From UHGV virus genome UHGV-0274194: 6,845 nucleotides of DNA, one strand, 5' to 3'. Below, piece after piece: positions 1-6,660 of this stretch (positions are counted from its first letter, which is position 1; every line of letters starts with the position of its first letter). Source of the DNA: a virus. Both the position numbers and the translations under genes were made by a program. Under the pieces are notes generated by a model that saw only the letters and a program-made list of their open reading frames with translations, had not been told where the DNA came from and did no database searches.

Positions 1-30
1 GCGTAATACGGGCGGTAATGGCTTTTTCAT
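1..30 (-). CDS. 5' end of a minus-strand gene (first 10 codons, [10 protein letters not shown]) continuing beyond the window start; product unknown, possibly the primase-side early operon
   Basis: ATG at 30..28 is preceded by GGGGAGGG about 7 nt upstream on the minus strand. Its start overlaps the stop of the 75-aa ORF (ATGA at 27-30). Too little sequence to identify the product. Confidence 0.45.
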   Translation of the reverse strand, partial: MKKPLPPVLR

Positions 31-254
31 ACGTTACCCTCCCCGGTCAGCCACTGCTGATTGCAGCGTTCGACCACGCCGTCGAGCTGGGCGGTCATGA
101 GGTAAATCACGGAGGTGAGCTGTGACTGCTGCACCGGGTCACGACGAACGGTGGCGCAGTCCTGCACCTGCATCAGCTCATTGACGAGCTGGCCGACATT
201 GCGCATATGCTCCAGACATTCGAGGTCACGGGCGGTAATGGTGGTGTGTCTCAT
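27..254 (-). CDS. Hypothetical small protein (75 aa), P4-like early-region ORF
   Basis: ORF with a GGAGG Shine-Dalgarno 7 nt upstream of ATG 254..252. ATGA overlaps with both neighbours (251-254 and 27-30) indicate translational coupling. Composition is protein-like, but I do not recognise the family. Confidence 0.6.
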   Translation of the reverse strand: MRHTTITARDLECLEHMRNVGQLVNELMQVQDCATVRRDPVQQSQLTSVIYLMTAQLDGVVERCNQQWLTGEGNV

Positions 255-445
255 GCGCGCACCTCCGCAACCGGCAGACGGCCAGCAAACGAGAGGACGT
301 AATCGCGAACGAGGGAAAGGCGTGCGGCGTGCTCATCACCGGCAACGGTGCGGAGCATACAAATACGAGGGGTACGGTCTGCGCGACGAACAGCAGCAAA
401 CACAAAGACAAATTGCGGGTGTGACGGGGTGAGGGTCGTAGCCAT
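251..445 (-). CDS. Hypothetical small protein (64 aa, [16 protein letters not shown]...), start chosen at the internal ATG with an SD
   Basis: ATG 445..443 is preceded by GGAGG with 8-nt spacing. Its stop overlaps the next gene's start (ATGA at 251-254). The longer 183-aa frame upstream (to 802) has no SD and an odd P/R/G/F-rich composition. Confidence 0.5.
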   Translation of the reverse strand: MATTLTPSHPQFVFVFAAVRRADRTPRICMLRTVAGDEHAARLSLVRDYVLSFAGRLPVAEVRA

Positions 446-798
446 AGTGGCAACCTCCATTGAGTAGCGGTTATTGCCACCACCGGAGTTCCTACGCTCA
501 TGGGTGGTGACCCGAACGGGGGTAGGAATACCGGCCTCAATGAATACCGGCCAGCCCGAAGGCTGCCCCGCCCGGATCACCATTATCTGACAGGGGCTAA
601 GGTGTAAACACCACAGCCCGAAAAATGGGTGTGCCTGAGCAACGACGTAAAAAAAGACGCATGGCGCGTCCGGTGTCGCCATTGAGTAACTCGGGTTCCT
701 ACGCCCGGCTGCCGATTTTGCGACAGCGGGAAAACTATACCTGGAAACGGCGAAAAGAAGCAAGCCAGAAAAAGGGGCTGTTTGCTGAACGGTCATCA

Positions 799-1065
799 TC
801 ATGCGTCATAGCCCCGGTTACGTTCGGCAATGCGATCCGCCATCCATGCAGTGATTTCAGACTGCGCCCACGCCACATTTTTTCCGCCGAGGGAGATTTG
901 TTTCGGGAAGGCTTCCCGGCTGATGAGGTCGTAAATGGTCGAGCGGGACAGGCCGCACAGATGCATCACTTCGGGCAGACGGATAAAGCGCTCGTGAACG
1001 GTATCAGAAACCGGCATCAGAGGCGCGGCAGGGGCAGAAGACGGGGAAGAAAAAGCAGTGTGCAT
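799..1065 (-). CDS. alpA: AlpA-family phage transcriptional regulator (HTH, Vis/excisionase-like)
   Basis: The 88-aa ORF core ([48 protein letters not shown]) matches the AlpA/MerR-like prophage regulator pattern from memory. ATG 1065 has a GAGGT SD; an alternative start at ATG 1017 would give 72 aa. Confidence 0.8.
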   Translation of the reverse strand: MHTAFSSPSSAPAAPLMPVSDTVHERFIRLPEVMHLCGLSRSTIYDLISREAFPKQISLGGKNVAWAQSEITAWMADRIAERNRGYDA

Positions 1066-1334
1066 CGGGCTACCTCACAAAGTCCATACAGTGCCGGTCG
1101 TGTCCGTCCGGCTTCGGGTAGCTCTCTATTTTGTGAATATTTTCCTTCAGAGCAACAAGTCATTTTGTAGTGCTTCACCATACAACAGAGCGATTTTTGA
1201 ACAATGGCAAATGCTGGCAAACAGATGCAAATCAATGCATTACATTGCAGTAACTTTAAGTACTTTCACTTATATATTTCCTCATAATTAATCGGAAAAA
1301 AGACTAAATCCGACAACCCAGGCAAAAAGCAAAA

Positions 1335-1444
1335 GGTGAACAGTAGTGAACAGTAGGTGAACAGTTATACCCCCAACTATTCACCCTTTATCTTGCTGTA
1401 TTACTTATCTTTTTCTTTTCAGTGAACAGTAGTGAATAGTTATA
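1335..1444. repeat. Cluster of iteron-like direct repeats (G)GTGAACAGTA: three tandem units at 1335-1370, two more at 1422-1444, one inverted partial copy (TATTCACC) at 1377-1385
   Basis: Repeats are directly visible. GGTGAACA is the reverse complement of TGTTCACC, the type I iteron octamer bound by P4 alpha primase at ori/crr (recalled, not searched). Confidence 0.6.
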
Positions 1445-1515
1445 AGTAAAAAAACAAACGGTGAGTAGGGTTTTCCTGAGACCTTTCTCTGGCCAGCCGG
1501 GTTTTAAGGTTTGTT

Positions 1516-1533
1516 TGTACCATTTTTGCCACA
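1516..1533 (+). promoter_or_regulatory. TGT-N12-ACA dyad, candidate Ogr/Delta activator-binding site of the late promoter Psid
   Basis: tTGTaccatttttgccACAa lies 73-90 bp upstream of the sid ATG. The P2/P4 late-promoter consensus is TGT-N12-ACA centred near -55. Confidence 0.5.
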
Positions 1534-1605
1534 ACGGCAATGAATCGTGTTGTTGTGTCCGGCGCGGCAGAATCTCCTCAGATTGAAACGAAGAGGAGAC
1601 CCGAC

Positions 1606-2343
1606 ATGACTCATACCGCTGTTATTCCCGACTACCTTAAACCCGCAATCGAACGGCTTGAGACGGCCAGAGAGGAACATCTCATTAATGCCCGACACAT
1701 GGATGAAACCACGGCGGCCATCAGCCAGGTGAAAGCACAAAAAAAGGAACTGGAGCAGGAAAACGGCAATGATTCCGGCGCATGGCGCGCCGCCTTTCGT
1801 GCCGGTGGTGCTGTCATTACCGATGATCTGAAACAACGCCATCTGGCGCGCGTGGCACGGCGGGAACTGGCGCAGGAATGTGACAGCATGAACGAGGTAC
1901 TATCTTTTGAGTTGGACAGACTCAAAGGAGCCTGTGACCGCACGGCCAGAGCATACCGTCAGGCACATCACGGCGTCCTCAGTCAGTATGCAGAGCATGA
2001 ACTTGATGCATCCCTGCGTGAAAGCTGCGGTGCCCTCATCAGAGCAATGAAACTCAACATACTGGTTCTGAATAATCCACTTGCTAATACGACCGGGCAT
2101 CAGGGATATATCGAACCGGAAAAAGTTGTAATGCAGCAGGTGAAAGCATGGCTTGAACAGGCCGTAAAGGGCTGCAATATCCGTCTGACCGATGAACCGG
2201 TGCTGTTTAAAACAGGGCTGTCGGCTTCCACACTGCCGCATATGGAACATGACGTTGCGACCACGCCCGGTCAGCGAAAAGTCTGGCAGGAAAAAATGTG
2301 GGAACGTGAAGCTGACCTGAAAGCACGGGGGTTATTGTCATGA
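1606..2343 (+). CDS. sid: Sid, capsid size determination (external scaffold) protein
   Basis: 245-aa ORF with an AGGAG SD 8 nt upstream of ATG 1606. Position immediately upstream of, and coupled to, the Ogr/Delta gene, plus a length close to P4 Sid (about 244 aa). The ORF-track start at 1540 lacks an SD. Confidence 0.8.
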   Translation: MTHTAVIPDYLKPAIERLETAREEHLINARHMDETTAAISQVKAQKKELEQENGNDSGAWRAAFRAGGAVITDDLKQRHLARVARRELAQECDSMNEVLSFELDRLKGACDRTARAYRQAHHGVLSQYAEHELDASLRESCGALIRAMKLNILVLNNPLANTTGHQGYIEPEKVVMQQVKAWLEQAVKGCNIRLTDEPVLFKTGLSASTLPHMEHDVATTPGQRKVWQEKMWEREADLKARGLLS

Positions 2344-2585
2344 TGCGCTGCCCTTTCTGCCGCACAGCGGCACACGTTCGCACCAGCCGCTATATGTCTG
2401 ACAGCGTCAAAGAGAGTTACCTACAGTGCCAGAATGTGCACTGCTCGGCGACATTCAAAACGCATGAGTCCATCTTTGAAGTGATACGTTCGCCGGTCGT
2501 CGATGAGAAACCCGCGCCGGTGCCGACAGTCCCCGTGGCACCCCGTCGGGTAAAAGGCTGCTACAGCTCGCCGTTCCGCCATTAA
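2340..2585 (+). CDS. delta: Ogr/Delta-family zinc-finger late transcriptional activator (single-domain, 81 aa)
   Basis: Cys4 motif C4-x2-C7-x22-C30-x4-C35 (CPFC...CQNVHC) exactly fits the Ogr/Delta pattern. The start overlaps the sid stop (ATGA). Confidence 0.85.
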   Translation: MMRCPFCRTAAHVRTSRYMSDSVKESYLQCQNVHCSATFKTHESIFEVIRSPVVDEKPAPVPTVPVAPRRVKGCYSSPFRH

Positions 2586-2601
2586 TCAGGAGAGACAACC
2601 C

Positions 2602-3168
2602 GTGACCACTCTGACCTTACAGCAGGCCTATGACGCCTGTCAGACGAACAAAACCGCGTGGCTGAACCGTAAAACCGAACTGGCCGCCGCAATGCAGGAA
2701 TATCAGGAATTATTGCTGGATGACAATGCATCAGGCTCCCGCAGATTACAGACGCTGCGTGACCTGATTGACGTAAAAAAATGGGAAGTGAATCAGGCCG
2801 CCGGTCGCTACATCTTCTCGCATGAGGAGGTGCAGCGCATCAGCATCCGTAACCGGCTGCATGATTTTATGCAGCAGAACGGCGCAGAGTTGACCGCCGC
2901 ACTGGCACCGGAGCTGATGGGGATTAAAAACCAGCCCGCGATGATAAAGAATCGCGCGCTTGACCGTTCAGTTTCTTACCTGAGAGAAGCTCTTTCCGTC
3001 TGGCTGACCGTTGAAAATGAAATTAATTATTCTGCACAGGATAAAGATATTTTAACGGCCATCGGATACAGGCCTGACGCGCCTTCGCGGGATGATAATC
3101 GTGAAAAATTCACCCCTGCACAGAACATGATTTACACCCGTCGACGTGCCGAACTGGCCGCGCAGTAG
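2602..3168 (+). CDS. psu: Psu, polarity suppression protein (Rho antagonist / capsid decoration)
   Basis: 188-aa ORF with a GTG start preceded by AGGAGA. Length and position after delta match P4 Psu (about 190 aa), and the sequence looks Psu-like from memory. Confidence 0.85.
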   Translation: MTTLTLQQAYDACQTNKTAWLNRKTELAAAMQEYQELLLDDNASGSRRLQTLRDLIDVKKWEVNQAAGRYIFSHEEVQRISIRNRLHDFMQQNGAELTAALAPELMGIKNQPAMIKNRALDRSVSYLREALSVWLTVENEINYSAQDKDILTAIGYRPDAPSRDDNREKFTPAQNMIYTRRRAELAAQ

Positions 3169-3214
3169 CCTGTCAAAAAATCCCCGTAAATCCCGCTATT
3201 TTTAACGAAATAAG

Positions 3215-3241
3215 CCATGCATCCATAAGGTGCATGGTTTT
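3215..3241 (+). terminator. Probable intrinsic terminator of the sid-delta-psu operon
   Basis: 7-bp perfect stem CCATGCA / TGCATGG with a 9-nt loop, followed by TTTT, 47 bp after the psu stop. Confidence 0.5.
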
Positions 3242-3573
3242 GCATGCGTTTTCTCGCTCCGGCATGACAGACCAGCGCCAGTCGTGGCGCGGCCTGAGAC
3301 CACCTTTGCACCTGCATTAAAAGCGGCCCATTAAGCGGGCAGGCGTGGCGGGGAGAGCATTGCGCGCTGGCCTTCTATCTAATAACTTTGGGTTAAAGTA
3401 AGTCACAAGGTCAATGAAAGCTTTGTGAGATACAGATAAGCTATAATTGCTGCGATTGTGAATTAATCAATCGGGATTAGCACCATTTTCTTGTGTAACA
3501 TAAAAATTTCGGTAAACTCATTCTAAAAACTCGTGAAAAAATAATTATAACTCTATTCTTAGGAGGGTGTATT

Positions 3574-4212
3574 GTGTTGAATCCTGATGATTTGGATGAG
3601 GGTGTTTATCCAGATTGCTACTGGAGTTATATAGGGCAAAAGGATTATTTGAAGCCTAACACATACTTACAAGATGCAATTGATGATTTGAATTCAGGAA
3701 GTGAACGCCGAAATATGAATAATGCAGTGCGAAATGCAAAATCGGCATTACATATGAGAGTGGATATTCTTTGTCGAGCTTTTTGTGGCCGCGAATATTT
3801 CCAAAGGAATCTAAGGAACTTTCCAAAAAAGATGGATTTCCTAGAGGGAATTGGAATAGTTAGACCTAGAATAATTGATAAAATAAATAAAATAAGAAAT
3901 GAAATTGAGCACGAGTATCGAGATGCAACTCTTGAGGAAGCAGAGGATTTCATAGATATAGTTTTATTGTTTATGGAAGCAACTAGATATTTAAATTCAA
4001 GGTTTCCATGTGAAGTTGACTTCCATGGATTGGCAGTTTCTGATGAGGTTTATTTAAGGAGAGTAGTATGCAATTGGGAAGGTGGAGAATTACTTTTTTA
4101 CTATTCAAAGCAAGAGTCACGCCGGCTTGATAACGTGCAAACCTACTCAATAAAAGTGGGTGATTATAGATACGCTCGGTGGGTAAAATTCATTCTAGAT
4201 CATTGCGATTGA
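3574..4212 (+). CDS. Cargo protein, 212 aa, putative HEPN-domain RNase (HepT-like RNxxxHxY motif); function unverified
   Basis: GTG start with a strong SD (AGGAGGG, 6-nt spacing). Motif I-R108-N-E-I-E-H113-E-Y115 equals Rx4HxY in a predicted helical context. About 30% GC, far below the flanking core. A perfect TATAAT at 3442-3447 upstream has no good -35. Confidence 0.6.
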   Translation: MLNPDDLDEGVYPDCYWSYIGQKDYLKPNTYLQDAIDDLNSGSERRNMNNAVRNAKSALHMRVDILCRAFCGREYFQRNLRNFPKKMDFLEGIGIVRPRIIDKINKIRNEIEHEYRDATLEEAEDFIDIVLLFMEATRYLNSRFPCEVDFHGLAVSDEVYLRRVVCNWEGGELLFYYSKQESRRLDNVQTYSIKVGDYRYARWVKFILDHCD

Positions 4213-4249
4213 TATACTATTTGTCCTAACTCACTAAAATAAGTATTTT

Positions 4250-4276
4250 AGACCGAGCTAGGCGTAGCCTCGGTCT
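4250..4276. terminator. Hairpin between the convergent cargo genes (candidate bidirectional terminator)
   Basis: 8-bp perfect stem AGACCGAG / CTCGGTCT with an 11-nt loop, sited between the stop of the plus-strand gene (4212) and the stop of the minus-strand gene (4285). The flanking U-tracts are weak. Confidence 0.45.
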
Positions 4277-4284
4277 AAGTGTTA

Positions 4285-5310
4285 TCAATTTGCCAATGCA
4301 GCAACTAATCTTGCTAATTCATTGAAATTACTACTGAATTCTTTTCTGTTTTCTTTCATCGTATCCAGTATTACTCCATTTTGCTCTATTTGTGCATCTG
4401 AGAGGGCGAATACCGGCGTGCTATGTTTTTGAGATTGAGCAATTAGTGAGTTAAAGTCAGAAATATTCGCCAAATTAAAGGGCTCTTTTGAGGGACAGGC
4501 ATTTTCAAAATCAGTAACCGAAATTGACATATTGATAGGATTTAAAGCTGGTATTAATGTATTAGTGACCTCATCTTTGATAATATCAATCCATCTTTGA
4601 AATGATTTTACTGGTAAATTATTTCTTGGACGATACTTCTGAGATATAAATCCGATGAATTTCGGCGGATCAATAGGGAATGGATATAATATTCCACTAT
4701 CTCTAAAGTTATTTATCTCGCTGTTCCATCTAGGAAGAACTTTTGCGAGTGACTTTATTGCCTGAGCACAGAAAAAATCTGGTGATGTAGGAACTATAAA
4801 ATAGTCACTGCACATTAAGAGACATTCATTTAATGCACCAACGCTGGGGCTCATGTCAATAAGGACATAATCAAATTCATGTTTGCGCGCAGTCTCACGC
4901 AAAAAAGCTCCGATGCTGCCGGGGATATTTCTAATTGCGGGAATAGCAGCGCTGGTTGTCAGCGCAACTCCAATCTGTGTTTCAATTTCTGATAAATAGA
5001 TGCTACCACACAATAAACTTAAATTTGGATTTGTTGTGACTAATGGGTCGGATGGTATAACTTTTCCTAAAGAACCATCTACAACAGGTTTGATGCAACT
5101 ATAAATATCACAGTTTGGATTGTTTTTATAGATTTCATCAAAGTCATCAGTGGTCGAATAGCCCAAAGCTAAGGCTGTCAAATTACATTGTGGATCAGCA
5201 TCAACTATTAAAACTTTATAGCCAAGATTAGCTAGCATCCACCCCATGTTAAAAGTCGTGGTTGTCTTACTAACACCACCTTTATGATTAAATAAAGATA
5301 TTATTTTCAT
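4285..5310 (-). CDS. ParA/MinD-like P-loop ATPase (deviant Walker A), 341 aa, with a long C-terminal extension
   Basis: N-terminus FNHKGGVSKTT is a deviant Walker A (KGGxxK[ST]); A' motif VLIVDADPQ; Walker B FDYVLIDMSP. AAGGA SD 7 nt upstream of the ATG. About 36% GC. Confidence 0.8.
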   Translation of the reverse strand: MKIISLFNHKGGVSKTTTTFNMGWMLANLGYKVLIVDADPQCNLTALALGYSTTDDFDEIYKNNPNCDIYSCIKPVVDGSLGKVIPSDPLVTTNPNLSLLCGSIYLSEIETQIGVALTTSAAIPAIRNIPGSIGAFLRETARKHEFDYVLIDMSPSVGALNECLLMCSDYFIVPTSPDFFCAQAIKSLAKVLPRWNSEINNFRDSGILYPFPIDPPKFIGFISQKYRPRNNLPVKSFQRWIDIIKDEVTNTLIPALNPINMSISVTDFENACPSKEPFNLANISDFNSLIAQSQKHSTPVFALSDAQIEQNGVILDTMKENRKEFSSNFNELARLVAALAN

Positions 5311-5332
5311 TCGAAATCCTTAATAGAAATTA

Positions 5333-6499
5333 TTACTTTAAAAGATAGTTGCTATACCACTGAAGCATTTCCCTTCTTCTTTCAAGGTATTGAGCATGAT
5401 TATATGTTCCTCGAATACTATTCTTATCAACATGAGCAAGTTGCAACTCAATCCATGCACTATCAAACCCTTGTTCATGCAATATTGTCGACATTGTATG
5501 TCTGAAACCGTGACCTGTAGCACGACCTTTATAACCCAGTAGTTCAATTACTTGCGACACACTCTCCTTAGATATTGGTTTGTTACGGTTGTTTCGCCCA
5601 ATAAAAATGTAAGGATAGTGTCTTGTAATAGGTTTTAGTTGGTTAAAAAGATCAACGACTTGTGTTGATAGAGGGATAATATGGGGTCTGCGCATTTTCA
5701 TTCGTTCTGCGGGGATTTCCCATAAACCTCTCTCAAGGTCAACCTCATCCCATGCTGCAAAGCGCATCTCTTGAGTTCTCACACCGGTGAGCATAACTAT
5801 CTTTGTTGCATTTTTCGTTATGATGCTACCGGTATACGCTTCGAGATCCTGAATAAAATGAGGCAATTCTTCGGCAGATAGAAATGGATGATGTTTTTGT
5901 TTAGGAACGGCCAGAGCGATGGCTAAATCAGGCGCAGGATTGTATTCAGCGCGGCCAGTTATGATTGCGTAGCGATAAACCTCACCGCACCTCTGACGCA
6001 CCTTACGTGTTTTCTCTAGTGCCCCACGCTTCTCTATTCGTCGCAATACTTCAAGCAGTTCTAACGGTTTGATTTCACTGATAGGGCGTTTACCAATGAA
6101 CGGGAACACATCTTGCTCAAATGTCTTAATGATTTCTTCGCGATAGGCCACTGTCCAGCGGTCAGCTTTGTTAGTGTACCATTCTCGACATATGGTTTCG
6201 AATGAGTTCTCTGTTGAGAGTTGCTGTGCCAGTTTTTGGGCTTTACGTTCTCCCACTGGGTCTATGCCGTTTGCTACCTGCTTACGAGCGGTATCGCGTT
6301 TCTCACGTGCTTCTGCGAGGCTCACAAGGTTGTAGCTGCCAAATGACATTAGCCGTGCTTTACCGGCAAAACGAAAGCGGAAGCGCCAGCCCTTTGAGCC
6401 GTCTGGATTGATGAGTAATGACAGGCCTTGTCCATCGTTCAGTGTGTAGGGTTTGTTTTGGGGCTTTGCTCGTTTAATTTGTATATCTGTTAGTGGCAT
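5333..6499 (-). CDS. int: P4-type tyrosine site-specific integrase (selC-targeting family)
   Basis: 388 aa. The N-terminal arm-binding region ([24 protein letters not shown]) is typical of P4-like integrases, and catalytic-core motifs are present (R in GVRTQEMR, HxxR in GHGFRHT, LAHV, Y in RGTYNHAQY). It is adjacent to and co-oriented with the tRNA 3' end. Confidence 0.9.
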   Translation of the reverse strand: MPLTDIQIKRAKPQNKPYTLNDGQGLSLLINPDGSKGWRFRFRFAGKARLMSFGSYNLVSLAEAREKRDTARKQVANGIDPVGERKAQKLAQQLSTENSFETICREWYTNKADRWTVAYREEIIKTFEQDVFPFIGKRPISEIKPLELLEVLRRIEKRGALEKTRKVRQRCGEVYRYAIITGRAEYNPAPDLAIALAVPKQKHHPFLSAEELPHFIQDLEAYTGSIITKNATKIVMLTGVRTQEMRFAAWDEVDLERGLWEIPAERMKMRRPHIIPLSTQVVDLFNQLKPITRHYPYIFIGRNNRNKPISKESVSQVIELLGYKGRATGHGFRHTMSTILHEQGFDSAWIELQLAHVDKNSIRGTYNHAQYLERRREMLQWYSNYLLK

Positions 6500-6550
6500 G
6501 TGTATAAGTCAAAAGTGTGTATAAAAAATCTATACACATCACTATACATA
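6500..6550. promoter_or_regulatory. int upstream region with palindrome TGTGTATA-N7-TATACACA (6516-6538) and extra GTGTATA / TATACA copies; candidate operator or integrase arm sites
   Basis: Perfect 8-bp inverted repeat with a 7-bp spacer. Another GTGTATA sits at 6500-6506 abutting the int start codon, and ACTATACATA at 6541-6550. Confidence 0.4.
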
Positions 6551-6660
6551 TTTTTCATGGATTCAGGGAGAGCTTGTCGGACGGTTACGGATGAGCGATT
6601 TACTATATGCTTTGAAAATAAAGGATTTTTAGACTTTCTCGGATGGTGACGGAGGAATTT

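Noticed and set aside
115-540. ORFs 115..432 (+) and 226..540 (-)
   Set aside because: They overlap the SD-supported 75-aa and 64-aa minus-strand genes in other frames or antisense, with poor composition.
625-1170. 181-aa plus-strand ORF
   Set aside because: Lies antisense to the AlpA-family gene and the upstream region. Highly basic, low-complexity R/K/G-rich translation with no SD; typical spurious ORF in GC-rich DNA.
1335-1444. Possible CRISPR array
   Set aside because: Repeat units are only 10-11 bp, immediately tandem without spacers of uniform length, and match the iteron motif. Not CRISPR-like.
1540-1605. Upstream ATG (1540) giving a 267-aa Sid as in the ORF track
   Set aside because: No Shine-Dalgarno before 1540, whereas ATG 1606 has AGGAG at ideal spacing and gives a length close to P4 Sid. 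The extension would also be translated through the leader hairpin.
1504-2250. Three minus-strand ORFs (1504..1842, 1632..1943, 1900..2250)
   Set aside because: All lie antisense inside the sid coding region, with no RBS and Cys/Arg/Ser-rich low-complexity translations.
3132-3317. 61-aa minus-strand ORF overlapping the psu 3' end and terminator
   Set aside because: Overlaps the psu stop and the terminator hairpin, with no RBS.
3645-3953. 102-aa minus-strand ORF
   Set aside because: Antisense within the HEPN-like gene. AT-rich sequence generates a long open frame by chance, and there is no SD.
3574-5310. Classical HepT-MNT toxin-antitoxin pair
   Set aside because: No small nucleotidyltransferase gene (GSxxxG...D-x-D motif) is adjacent to the HEPN-like gene. 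The neighbour is a convergent ParA-like ATPase, so a canonical HepT/MNT module is not supported.
3169-5332. Retron (msr/msd plus reverse transcriptase), as carried by phiR73 and common in this hotspot
   Set aside because: No ORF in the cargo region has reverse-transcriptase hallmarks (no YADD-type motif in either cargo protein), and no obvious msr/msd inverted repeats flank an RT-sized gene.
5338-6411. ORFs 5338..5547 (-) and 6202..6411 (+) inside the integrase gene
   Set aside because: Alternative-frame and antisense ORFs embedded in a well-supported integrase CDS.
5333-6499. Mosaic integrase inferred from a GC gradient (about 52-55% at the 5' end, about 37% at the 3' end)
   Set aside because: The gradient is modest and based on a few sampled 60-nt lines. 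Integrases are often AT-richer than phage core genes, so this is insufficient to claim recombination without alignments.
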